Source: Dictyostelium discoideum | Lineage: Eukaryota | Assembly: GCA_000004695.1 (NCBI GenBank) | Contig: CM000154.2 | Span: 1,888,001 to 1,952,000 of the forward strand | Length of the DNA: 64,000 nucleotides | Direction: 5' to 3' | Shown here: positions 38,666 to 51,120 of the stretch, piece after piece | Layout of the letters: every line of letters begins with the position of its first letter | Position numbering within the stretch: position 1 is the stretch's first letter | Translations under genes and position numbers: made by a program | Notes under the pieces: model-generated | What the model was told of the DNA's origin: nothing | Database searches by the model: none | Seen by the model: the letters and a program-made list of their open reading frames with translations, nothing else

Positions 38666-38959
38666 ATCATTATCAGACCAAAGATTTGGTATATTAAAAG
38701 AACCTAATAAATCAGAACCACAAACCAATATTACATTTACTTTGCAAATGATATTTTTATTGATGTTTAAATAATTTTCAACACTTAATTTGATATGATC
38801 TAATACTTGTCTTGTTGGTGTGAATATTGGTTTGTCAGATTCAAATCTATCCATCATTAACCAATCTGAATCTTCAATTGATAATTCAACCATTGTTGTT
38901 CTATGTGATGATTCAATTAATGTCTTTTTATCATAGCCATCACCAACTGGTGATAAATA
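38666..38959 (-). CDS. NMNAT exon 2 (5' end truncated by the assembly gap): ...YLSPVGDGYDKKTLIESSHRTTMVELSIEDSDW...ILVCGSDLLGSFNIPNLWSDND
   Basis: Matches the conserved SPVGDAYKKKGLI...HR and LLCGADLLESF...PNLW blocks of NMNAT. Donor GAT|gtatgt at 38665. Confidence 0.8.
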
Positions 38960-39059
38960 NNNNNNNNNNNNNNNNNNNNNNNNNNNNNNNNNNNNNNNNN
39001 NNNNNNNNNNNNNNNNNNNNNNNNNNNNNNNNNNNNNNNNNNNNNNNNNNNNNNNNNNN
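38960..39059. other. Assembly gap (100 N) inside the NMNAT gene
   Basis: Run of n. Confidence 1.
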
Positions 39060-39184
39060 TTTTTTTTTTTTTTTTTTTTAATATTATTTGTTTAGATTAT
39101 TAAAAAAAAAAATAAAAAAAATAATAATAGTAATAATAATAATAATAATAAAAAAAAAATAAAACAAATGAATAAATTATTTAT

Positions 39185-39290
39185 TTTATTTTATCTTATA
39201 TTATTTTATTTTATTTTATTTTATTTATAATTTTATTTTATTTTATTTTATTTTATTTTATTTTATTTTATTTTATTTTATTTACCCATC
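39185..39290. repeat. (TTTTA)n microsatellite within NMNAT intron 1
   Basis: ttttattttattttatttta tract. Confidence 0.9.
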
Positions 39291-39406
39291 ATTCTTAAAT
39301 GCATATATGTAATAGGGTTAAATGAACCAGTTCCAACTAATATTAATGGTTTTCTTGAATCATTTATATTTGGTATAGTTAATTTTGAAACTGAGAAATT
39401 ATTCAT
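39286..39406 (-). CDS. NMNAT exon 1 (MNNFSVSKLTIPNINDSRKPLILVGTGSFNPITYMHLRMMG)
   Basis: ATG at 39406. GSFNPITxxHLRM is the NMNAT nucleotide-binding (H/T)xGH-type motif region. Donor G|gtaaat. Confidence 0.75.
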
Positions 39407-40199
39407 TTTATAAAAAAAAAAAAAGATTTGACTGATGTTGTTATTTTAACTTTTCTTAAAAAAACAACTATATAAAATTAGAATTTAATTGAAAAAAAAA
39501 AAAATCAATAGTTTTTAATTTTTTTTTTTTTTATTTTTTTTATTTTTTTTTTTTTTTTCAATTAAATTCGCAGAATTTGTTATTTTTAAGAATGGAATAA
39601 AAAAAAATTAATTAAATTGTTATAAATCTTTTTTTTTGGTTAGTTAATTAAACTATTTTAAAATTATTTTTATCATTTTATTTTTTAATTTGAATTATTA
39701 TTATTATTATTATTGTTATTATTTTTTTTTTTTTTTTTTCATTTTTTTTTTTTAATATTTATTATTATTATTTATTGTTAATTGAAATATTTTTAAACAG
39801 TTCATTAAAATTAGAAATCAAATAAATAAAAAATAAAAAAAAAATAAAAAAAACAATAAAAATATATCAAAGTTAATAAAGAAAATGATATTCACTCACC
39901 GGATAAGCGTAGGATTTAAAAAAAATTATACCTTAAAAATGAATAAATAAAAGATATTAAAAAAAAAATTAAAAAAAAATATATTTATAGATATATCCAT
40001 AAATAAATTATTTATATTAAAAAAAATAAAAAAAAAATTAAAAAAAAAAAAAAAAAATTAAAAAAAAATATTAATTTCATTTTTTTCATTTTCATTTTAT
40101 CACCCTTTTTTTTTTTTTTTTTTTTTTTATCTTTCATGAATATTTGTATTCATATAAATTACATATAAATTTAAACAATAATAAAAAGAATTTAAAACA

Positions 40200-40230
<31 letters not shown>

Positions 40231-40244
40231 TTTATTTTTAAAAA

Positions 40245-41556
40245 ATGGAAGATAATAATAATAATAATAAATTTAAAAATGAGGAAGAATTAAATCCACT
40301 ATCATTTTCTAGACATAGTATTAGTGGCAGTAGTAATAATAATTTCCAAAAACATCAACAACAACAACAACCAGTAAATAAACCACAATCAATATTAAAA
40401 ACACCTACAAATAGAGATTCAGTTAAAGCTAAACCGACATCTCTTTCTTTGTCAACATCTTCAACATCTTCATCTTCATCATCTTCATCATTATCACTAT
40501 CACCTACTTCTAGTTATTCACCTTCAACAATTTCATCAAAAGTTGGCGGAACATCAAAATTATTATCAACATCTGATTTAGTTACACCAATCAAATCTAG
40601 TGCTAATAATAATATAAATTTACCAACCTTTTTAAATGAATCAACACCACTTCCAAGTCAAACACCAGGAACAAGGAATAGAGTTATGATGTCTGATATT
40701 AAACCAACTGTTCATATTTATCCCTCAACACCTATAGATAAAATTAAACAACCAACAACCATTAAACCAAAGAATACAAATGGTGGTCTATTTAATATTA
40801 ATAAATTTTTAAATCGTAGTAATCATTTAAATTTAAATGATACAACAATTATTGATCAAACTATGAATGATAAAAATTCTGATGATGATGATGATGATGA
40901 TGATAATAATAATAATAATGATAATTATACAGAGGATGAAAATAAAAATAAATCATTTTTCTCAAGCACTAGTAGTAAATTTTATAGAAATAATAATAAT
41001 ATAAATAATAATAATAATAATAATATAAATAATAATTATAATTTATCACCAACATCAGAATATTATCCATCATCATCAATATCATCATCATCATCATCAT
41101 CACTATATAAAACAACGATTGGTGGTAGTGATAAAATAATTAAAAAAAGAAAACCAATAATTAGAAAGAAATCATTAATTACAAAAATTAAAGAAACTAT
41201 AAAATATCCAATTAATAAATTAGATAAAATTCAAGAAGATATTGCTACATTTCATGATAATAAATATTATAAAACTTTAATATATTGTTTAGCATTACTA
41301 TTGAATTTAATTCTATTTAGCTATGCAATTGATTTAATTAGTGGTTTATCAATTGCTTTAGTATTATTATCAATTAGTATAATCAATTCAATATTATTTT
41401 TTAAATCATCAAAGAAATCTTATCTCTATAGATTCGAAGGTACTCAATTAGGTCCAAATATGTCAATTGAACAAATTGAATCAATAATTCCTACTAGTGG
41501 TGCTTATGGAAATGAAACAAAAGATAATGTTGTAGTTTTAAAAATTTGGAATCCAA
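40245..41556 (+). CDS. Ser-rich membrane protein, exon 1 (ends in phase 1 at donor gtttgt; otherwise the ORF terminates at 41570)
   Basis: Long ORF with poly-Ser/Asn tracts, a D8 acidic run and a hydrophobic segment IYCLALLLNLILFSYAIDLISGLSIALVLLSISIINSILFF. Confidence 0.6.
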
Positions 41557-41684
41557 GTTTGTATTTTTAAAATTAATAATTAATTAATTAATTAAATAAT
41601 AATTAATTAAATAATTAAATATTAATATCTCTTTTTTTTTTTTTTTTTTTTTTTTTCTTTTTTCTCATACAAATATTTATTTAG

Positions 41685-41809
41685 AATTTCCTTCAAAAAT
41701 TTTATTCAATTTCTTTAGTCCATTACATGTTTTAATGATGATTTTATCAAGTCCTGAATTTGAAAAATTTTTAACTTTTACAATTTTATCAATTATAATT
41801 TCATTAATG
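41685..41809 (+). CDS. Probable exon 2 of the same membrane protein (KFPSKILFNFFSPLHVLMMILSSPEFEKFLTFTILSIIISLM)
   Basis: Acceptor tatttag|AA follows a long poly-T tract. Hydrophobic TM-like coding in frame with exon 1 phase. Donor ATG|gtattt. Confidence 0.35.
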
Positions 41810-41837
41810 GTATTTATTTTTATTTTTTATATTTATA

Positions 41838-41874
<37 letters not shown>

Positions 41875-41966
41875 ATTTATATATATATAATTTAAATTAA
41901 AATAATATATATTAACCTTTGTGAAAAAAAAAAAAAAAAAAAAAAAAGTTTTATTTCTTTGGTGAG

Positions 41967-42320
<354 letters not shown>

Positions 42321-42346
42321 TAATAATAATAAAACTTGTAAATATT

Positions 42347-42377
<31 letters not shown>

Positions 42378-42721
42378 ATTTCCCATTTGTAATTGAGATT
42401 TTTTATTTTTTTTAAAAATATTATCTATATATTTTAAAATTTTTAATTTCATCAATTTCAATACCTTGTTTTCTATTTATTTCATTTTGTTCTTCTTGTA
42501 TTCTAATTTTTAAATTCTTTTTCTTTTGTTTTGGAGTATGATTGAATTCAATTACATTTGGGAAAGTGATAAAAAAGACTTTTTTTTTTTAAAAAAAATA
42601 ATTGCAAAATAAAAAATAAATTAAAAAAAAAGGTAAAGTTTAATTGTTAATAGTGATTTTCACAAATTATTTTTTTTATTATTATCATTATTTTTTTTTT
42701 TTTTAATAATAATAATTATTA

Positions 42722-42846
42722 TTATTTAAATACACATACCTTTACTAATATTATTGCACTAAAGACAGATACTAAACCAGCAGGGAAAAATTTACCAGAA
42801 TTTACAAATCTCATTCCCATTATAATTAAAAGTACCAATGATAATG
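42722..42846 (-). CDS. TMEM14-family small membrane protein, exon 2 (ALSLVLLIIMGMRFVNSGKFFPAGLVSVFSAIILVKVCVFK-stop)
   Basis: Matches the TMEM14 C-terminal helix region (…MGMRFYHSGKFMPAGL…). Acceptor aattttag|CA. Confidence 0.7.
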
Positions 42847-42974
42847 CTAAAATTTATATTAAAAATAAATAAATAAAATGAATATTTAATTTTATTAATT
42901 AATTGATTGATTTAAATAATATATATATGTGTGTGTTGTTTTAATATTTTTTTAAAAATTAAATAAATAATTAC

Positions 42975-43149
42975 CCATTGTTAATTGTGTACCATTCTTT
43001 TTATTGGTGGTAGTAAGGTTAGCACTATAACCAACTAATAAACCACTAAGTAAACCCATGATAAGAGATGGCATTGAATTTGCTTTTAAGTAACCAATCA
43101 ACCCACCAATTGCAAGTAAAATTGCATATGCATAAACTAATGTTGTCAT
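42975..43149 (-). CDS. TMEM14-family protein, exon 1 (MTTLVYAYAILLAIGGLIGYLKANSMPSLIMGLLSGLLVGYSANL...)
   Basis: Matches the TMEM14 N-terminal helices ([30 protein letters not shown]). Donor G|gtaatt. Confidence 0.7.
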
Positions 43150-43529
43150 TTTCTTTTCTTTTTTTTTTTTTAAGTATCTTTTTCAAATTATTATTTTTTT
43201 TTTTGTGATTAAAAATTTTTAATAATATAAAAAAAAACAAAAATAAAAAAAAAAAAAATTGATGATGATTTTTTTGATTTTTAATTTGTAAAAATAAAAA
43301 AAAATAAAAAAAATAAAAAAAAAAAAAAAGAACTGTTGGGAAAAGTCAAAAAAATCATATGATATTTGTCATTAATTTCAAAATAAAATAATAATTTTAA
43401 AAATAATTATATTTATGCGTTTTAGAAAATTCACAAAGGAGTTTTTTTTTTTTTTTTTTTTTTTTTAATGTAAACAAGTTTTACATTTTATTTATTTATT
43501 TAATTATTTATTTATTTTTTATATTATAA

Positions 43530-43564
<35 letters not shown>

Positions 43565-43769
43565 TCACATAACCTGTTTGAAAAATTCAACTCCTACCAT
43601 AAGAACCTTATAAAAAAAAAACTCCTTTGTGGTTACCTTACATTTAATTTTTAAAAGTTAGGGAAAAAAAAAAATAAAAAAAAAAAAAATGAAAAAAATG
43701 GTAAGAAATATGCAACTAACTCCCGATTATTATTTTTTTTTTTTTTTTTTTTTAATACTTTCAACAGGT

Positions 43770-43804
<35 letters not shown>

Positions 43805-43953
43805 AAAAATAAAAAAATTAATTAATTTATCTTTGATTAAAAAAGATGATCGGATAAAATTCAAAGCTTAAAAAAAAAAAAAACCCTCTAAAAGTAAAAG
43901 GAAATACTTCTTTTATTTTAAACTGATAAAAATCCGAAAAGGACCCGAAAGAG

Positions 43954-44007
<54 letters not shown>

Positions 44008-45040
44008 TTTTTTCCCCTTTTTTATTATAAAAGCTTGTCGCCAGAGAAAAATAAAAAAAAAAAAAATAAAAAAACCCGATAATCTCAGATCTGTTGAAAT
44101 GGTAATAAAAGGTTCATAAAAAAAAAAAAAAAAAAAATATCTAATTTACGTTGCAAATTGGGCAATTAACGACGCGTCACTTGTTTTTTTTTTTTTTTTT
44201 TTTTTTCGTGTGATTAATTAACAACATGATTAAAAAAATAAAATGAAAAAAAAAAATAAAATAAAATAAAATAAAAAAAAAAATAAAAAAAATTCTACAA
44301 CCTTGTAAATTAAAAAAAAAAAAAAGGTGGGCATAATTATCAAACTTGGTCCACTTTTCGTAAATTTTTTAAAATTTTTTAAATTTCGTACTATGCGGAA
44401 AAGTCTCTCTTGATTTTTTTTTTCTTTTTTTTTTATACAAAATTTTTTTTCATTTTTTGATAGTAAAAAGATATTTTCATCGAGGCATAATCGAAAAAGT
44501 GGATGGTAGATCCCAGTTAATCGCGATTAAGTTGATTTTTTTTTTTTTTCTTCACTTTTTTTTCACTTTTTTTTATTTTCTTTTTTTTTTTTTTTTTTTA
44601 ATTTTTATTTTATTTTATTTCACAATATTAGGTCGAGTCAACAATTAGATAAACACATTTTAGTGTATTCATAATCTTCTTTTTTTTTTTTTTTCTTTAT
44701 TTTTTAAAATCAAAAAAATCAAATAAAATAAAATTATTCATTTAAATTGCATTTAATAAAAAAAATAAAAAAAATAAAAAAATTAAAAAAAAAATAAAAT
44801 CTAAAAATAGAAAACTATAAATAAAAATTTTGACACCAAACAGAGAAAAAAATAAAAAAAAAAAAAAATAATAAAAAATTATTTTCAAACCAACTTACAA
44901 CACATTACAATTAAAAATAAATAACCTCATATAGTTTATTTAATCCTACTCTCATATTTTATTTCTACAAATTTAAAATAGTCTCAAAATCAATTTTCTA
45001 TTGGTTATTCAAATAATAAAAACAAAAAAAAAAAAAATAA

Positions 45041-45078
<38 letters not shown>

Positions 45079-45711
45079 AAAACTTTCACAAATATACAAC
45101 GAACCTACCAATTTAAGAATAAAATATCTAGCTATATAAGCGAATTATTCACTTTTTTCATATAAATCAATAATCAATAATTAAAAGAATAAAAAAAATT
45201 TAAAAATTTAAAAAATATAAAAATATAATAACAAAAAAAAAAAAAAAAAAAAAATTTAAACATAATAGTAATAAATATTGAATAGAAAAAATAAACAAAA
45301 AAAAAATAAAAATAAATAAATAAATAAATAAAATAATAAATATATAAATAAATAAATAAATAAATAAATATATAAATAAATAATAAATAAATAAATTAAA
45401 TACATTAAATAATTAATTAAATAAATAAAAATAAATAAAAATAAATTAAATAAAATAAATAAATAAATAAATAAATTAACACAAATAAATATATAACTTA
45501 AAAATTAAAAATAAAATTATTAAATAGGAAAATAACAAAAATAATAGATAAAATAAATATAATTAAACTAAAATAAAATAAATTATACCAAACAAAAACA
45601 AAATAACAAATAAAATAATAAAAAGATATTAAAATAAATTAAAAAAAAAATTAAAAAAAAAATAAAAAAAAAAAAAGATAATTTGAATCAAAAATAAATT
45701 GGTTGATTGGG

Positions 45712-45765
<54 letters not shown>

Positions 45766-45768
<3 letters not shown>

Positions 45769-46884
45769 TTAACTCAAGATGAACATAGAGAGGCATGTAG
45801 AGTTTACATGCAAAAATATAGAAGTAAACCAGAGAATAGAGAAAAGATAAGACAACAAAATGCAGAATATAGAAAAAGAAAGAAGCAAGAATCAATTAGA
45901 CAAGTTACAGAGATTGGATCATTAGAAACTACTCTCGATAGTCAAAACTCTAGAATCAGTCAATTGGAAAAACAATTGATTGAATCAAATTTTAAAGTTA
46001 ATTTATTTGAAAAAGAAAAATTAATACCAAAAAATTATTTAAATATTATCAACACTTTAAGATTACAATTAACCAATGCTCAAAATGAAATTGAAGAACA
46101 AAAGAATACAATTTCATTCAATCATCAACAACAACAATCACTTCAACATCAATTACAATCTTTACAATTACAACAACAACAACAATTGGAATTAATAAAT
46201 GCTTATAGTGGTGCCACTAATAATAATAGCAATAATAATTTAACATCACCATCTTCAACTAGTTCATTTTCATTACCACCAACTCCAACTTCTTCAAATG
46301 TTCCATTACAACCATCATTTCAAAGTTCATTCTCTGCTATGAATAGTTTAACAAATGAACAACTTCAACCACAATCACAATCACAATCACAATCACAATC
46401 ACAATCACAATCACAATCACAATCACAATCACAATCACAACAACAACAACAACAACAAAAACAATCACAAAATGTAAATAAAAAACAAAAGATAGTTGGA
46501 TTATTTAATCAAGAATCTAGTCCATCCTCGTCATCATCATCACCATCATCATTTTCAAGTCCACCATCATCTCCTTCACTTCAATATCTTCCATACTCTC
46601 CAGCTTTACCAAATTCAATGACAAATTCTCCATCACCTACTCCAAGTGTAAGCGGTGGTGGCGGTAGTAGTGCTGTATCAACTCCACAAATTTCTTCAAA
46701 TTATTCCAATACAAGTACTGGTAGTTTATCCTCTCTAGTTCCTTTTGAAGAAAATGGCTCAAATATTGTTTCATTTAAACAAACTAATCATTTCACTCTA
46801 GATCTCTTATGTGAGGTACTTCAAAGCGAAAAATCTTTACAGCATACCACCATCACCTTTCCAAGAAAAAAGAAATTTTGGTGA
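45766..46884 (+). CDS. bZIP-like transcription factor (basic region REKIRQQNAEYRKRKKQ followed by a heptad Leu repeat) with (QS)n and Ser/Pro-rich low-complexity C-terminus
   Basis: ATG at 45766 follows a 60-nt poly-A tract. The track's upstream extension is a poly-K artefact. N-x2-AE-YR-KRKK fits the bZIP basic motif, and L/L/L spaced every 7 follows. Confidence 0.45.
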
Positions 46885-47068
46885 TTTTAAAACAAGTATT
46901 GGTTTTGTTTTAAATGATATTAAATTATAAAAAAACAAACAAACCCAAACGAACTAACAAACAACAAGCAAACAAACAATATTTTTTCAATTTTATTTTT
47001 ATTTTTTTTTATATTTCTAATTAATAAAATATTATTTTATTCCATTAATTTATTATATCTTTTGTTTG

Positions 47069-47109
<41 letters not shown>

Positions 47110-48039
47110 CTAAAAATAAAGAATAAATATAAAACATAATCATTATGGTTTAAAAATAATATTTTTTTAAACTATTTTATTTTTATACATTTAATATTTT
47201 ATTTATTTTACTTTTTTTAATTTAATTTATTTTATTATATATTATTTATTTCTTCTTGGTCAGAATCTTCAGAACCTTGGCTTGAATCTTCTTGGTCAGT
47301 TTATTCTTGACCATAATTTTAAAGTTGTTGTTGGAATATTATTTAGCATTTAGTTAAAGAGATCATTAATGTTACTTGGGCCAAAAGTTTTAAAACCATC
47401 TAATAGTTTTGATATTTTTTCCTTTAACCAAACACATTTACGAATAATATTTTTATTTTGTACCCATTATATCAGATAAGCCTTTTAAAAAAATAGTCTT
47501 TCATTCTCTGTCCAGTTTGAACCCTATTTAATTATAATTTGAATAAAAGTATTAATGATGATCACCACTACTTGGTAATTTCTATCACCACTACCCCATT
47601 TTAAAAAATTAATTAAATTGTATTTGTAGAAAAAAGAAAAAATTAAAATTAAATGAAGAAAAAAAAAAAATATAATTTTGGAAAAAAAAAAAAAAATTAA
47701 TTTTGGAAAAAAAAAAAAAATTTAAAATTAATTTACAAGAATTCAACTCCATACACAATTTTATATTTTTTTTTTATTTTTTTTTTTTTATTTTTAAATT
47801 AAGCTTTATAAAATATGTTTATAGTTAAAATTTTTTTTTTTTTTTTTTTTAAATTTTTTTTTTTTTTTTTTTTTTCAAGTTTTTTTTTTTTTATTTCTAT
47901 AAAATAAAAATACAAACATATAAATTCAATTTATACAAATAAATAATAAAAGATAAAAAAAAAAAAAAAAAATGGAATTTTTGTAAGTGTAATTTAAAAA
48001 ATTATAAAAACAATATATTATGAGGAAGAATTTTTTTTT

Positions 48040-49600
48040 TTAGATAAAACAATAAACTTTGTAATGCAATAAATTTGCATCATAAAAAACTTTAATATCA
48101 TGGATTTGGTTGAGAGAATGGTAACCAATGGGAAAATTAAAGAAATATTACCAAAGTTAATATCAACAAAACAAATTCATGAAGAAAAGATTTTATTTTT
48201 AATTAATTTAATTTTAGTATTGTTGGAATCTATTAATTTCATTAAAATTGATAAATAGATAGAGAATTTTAACAATAACACCAATTAATGAAAATAGATT
48301 TAATTTATTGAATGATTATTGGCAAATGTTATTAGAAAATCATCAGTTTTTAAATAATCATTTTATTGAAACAGGAGTATATAATAATTTAATAATCAAT
48401 AAAGATACGTTTGAAAGTGAAGGCAGATTAGAACAAATTCAATTTTATACTCTAGTACATCCAATAATTTGCAAAAACTGTATCAGAAACATTAGCTCAT
48501 AATGCCAAAAATAGATTCAATGATTCAACCATAACTCCAAATCAAATTGTAGACCATACTCGTTTGCTCAATGGTACATGTGAATCTACTTTTTGAATGT
48601 TGAAAAATGGACAATGGATAGAACATGACCAGAGCTCAGTGCTTATATGAACTCATTTAGATCATTCTCTATGCAATGTGTCCAATCGACCACCACTTGG
48701 GATTCAACAACCATTAGAAGAATACCATATTATCGTGATGAACCAGAATATGATACTGAAACTAAATTGGAATTTATTAGATTATTTTTTAATAGTTTGA
48801 CAAATCAATTCTCTAAAAGAACCTTTACAAGAAATGAAAATAAGCAACCATTTGAATCCGAAATGGTAAATCAATTCAATGATAGCAAATTAAAATTAAA
48901 TTATTGTTTAAAATTAGTTAGAAACAATTTCTTGTGCGAAACTGGTAAATTTCAACTTTCAATCAAAGGTTTGTCCAAGTCCCACACCAAGAAAAAAGAG
49001 CAATTTCAGTAAATATAGCAAGAAAATGTATAGGTTATAATGAAGATTCTCGTTTAGATGCTGTAATTTTTCAAACATCTGATTTTCGCCGTAAAGTTAT
49101 ATTTAAAGAAGAAGTTGCCAACTATGAATTTACTCCAAGTTTGGTAAATGAATCAATTAAAATAAAGAATGAATGTGAAGATTTAACACTTCTCCTCAAT
49201 GAAAGAAGATTGGTTCTAAATCAAAATCCAATTTTGTTATCCCAACTAATCGATTTGGCATCAATTATTAAAAATGAAAAACACGAATATAATGCGTTCA
49301 AATAAAATTTCTAATCAACTTAGAATGCAATAATCAAAAATAAAGAATTATTCTGATTCATATTTTGAAAAGGCAAATACTTTCAAATTTAATAAATCAA
49401 TTGTTTCAGAGATTGAAGTCAAATAATTTAATTGAAAGAGAAGGTCTTCCCAATAAATTAGAAAACCTAGATATGGAAAATATTATTGGTTTATATGAAA
49501 TTGAATCTTCAAATGATAATATGGAATGAAAATCCAAATCTATAATTTATTATTGAGGCTTGAACATTATGTGAATCTAATTTTTGTTATAGTGTCATTT
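48040..49600 (+). mobile_element. Degenerate repetitive element / decayed gene, copy A: multi-frame ORF fragments (MDLVERMVTNGKIKEILPKL...; NSFRSFSMQCVQSTTTWDS...; NEDSRLDAVIFQTSDFRRKVIFKEEVANYEFTPSLVNE...; EGLPNKLENLDMENIIGLYEIESSNDNME)
   Basis: Codon-like composition but with frameshifts and stops. Homologous to segments at 51950-52100, 53740-53830 (same orientation) and 53900-54110 (inverted). Confidence 0.5.
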
Positions 49601-49775
49601 CTGGTTTCANNNNNNNNNNNNNNNNNNNNNNNNNNNNNNNNNNNNNNNNNNNNNNNNNNNNNNNNNNNNNNNNNNNNNNNNNNNNNNNNNNNNNNNNNNN
49701 NNNNNNNNNAAAATTAGATTCACATAATATAATGTTCAAGCCTCAATAATAAATAATAGATTTGGATTATTATCA
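49527..49775. repeat. Inverted repeat (about 60-bp arms) flanking the assembly gap at 49610-49709
   Basis: 49527-49590 aaaatccaaatctataatttattattgaggcttgaacattatgtgaatctaatttt is the reverse complement of 49711-49775, allowing 2-3 mismatches. Confidence 0.8.
49610..49709. other. Assembly gap (100 N)
   Basis: Run of n. Confidence 1.
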
Positions 49776-50689
49776 AAAAAAATGGCTGATATAATTAAAA
49801 ATTTATAAATAATAATAATAAATATAATAAAAAAATAAATAAATAAATAAATAAAATTTTAAATAATAAAAAAAAATTAAGAAAAAAAAGGTTAACAAAT
49901 TGAAGCCTTAATATTTATAAATAATAAAAAAAAAAAAAAAAAGTAAGAAAACATTAATTAACATCACATCAAATTTGTTTCGTCAACTTTTTAATTTAAA
50001 TTTAAATGAAGAGATAGAAAATTTAAAATCTGCATATATGCTTATATTGGGAATTAAATCTTTTTAAATGGTTTCAAGTTGGCCCGTTGTAAATGAAATA
50101 ATTGATCTTGAAATTACTGTTGATATTGTAATAGTAATTTCTGTTGTTTTTCTATTTACTGTGAGATTGGTGACATTGTTTCATTATTATTATTATTTTG
50201 TTGACCAGTTATCATTGGCCCATTATCCTCATTATTATAAACTTATTTAATAAACTAATTAAATTAAATAAATTATTACTATTATTAAAGGAAGAAGAAA
50301 ATCTTGTAAATCAAACTCTGGATTTATTTGAAAAAACGGCCCTTGATTTTTTCAAAATATTTTTTAAAAAAAAAAAAAATTAAATGTATAATTATCTAAA
50401 AACAAATTTTAATAATTTAAGATCAAGATTTTGTACCATATCTGTTCTTTTTATTTTTAGATACACTATTTAAATGTTTTAGAATATGTTGAGTTAATAA
50501 AATTACATTTTTTAAAAAAAAATATTTGAACAGATTGGGTAAAAAAAAAAAAAAGAAATTAAAATATTTTTTTAAAAAATTCAGGAATAAATTAATATTT
50601 TATTAATTAGAAATATAAAAAAAAAAAAAAAAATTTAAATGAATAAATAATCTACAAATAAAATTATTTATAATTTTGATTATTCTTTG

Positions 50690-51120
50690 CAACAATTTTT
50701 GATATTTTGAGAGAGCTTTACAGCAATTTCAATAATACTGTACAGTCCATCTTTTTTCGAAATTCTTATCAATTGTAATCATGATAGTTTGCAGTTAGAA
50801 CAATGGCAGTAACTGCTGGTGAAACATCACGAAGAAGGGTATATGCAACACGTTGAACATCAGCAACTGTGATTTCATTAATACGTGTGTATACCTCAAA
50901 TGGTGATAAACGACGACCTAAAGTTAAAATTTGACGACCAATGCCTTCGCAAACTTTACTGGTACCATCGTATTGCATTAATGTGGTAGCTAAAAGTTTT
51001 TGTTTGTTACGTTCTACCTCATTTTTATTGCAACTAGTTGCGATTCTTTGCCACTCCTTCAAACATTTCAGCAACTAAATCATCAACACGTTCTGGTTGA
51101 CAAACACCATAGTTACCAAA
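50690..51120 (-). pseudogene. Partial duplicate (last roughly 110 codons plus stop and proximal 3' flank) of the mitochondrial processing peptidase beta gene at 54800-56203
   Basis: 50769-51074 encodes MLKCLKEWQRIATSCNKNEVERNKQKLLATTLMQYDGTSKVCEGIGRQILTLGRRLSPFEVYTRINEITVADVQRVAYTLLRDVSPAVTAIVLTANYHDYN, near-identical to the C-terminus of the 54800 gene. The 3' part (50700-50830) is frameshifted. Confidence 0.8.

Noticed and set aside
45703-45765. Poly-Lys N-terminal extension of the bZIP-like ORF
   Set aside because: A 60-nt poly-A run translated as K20. The real ATG is at 45766.
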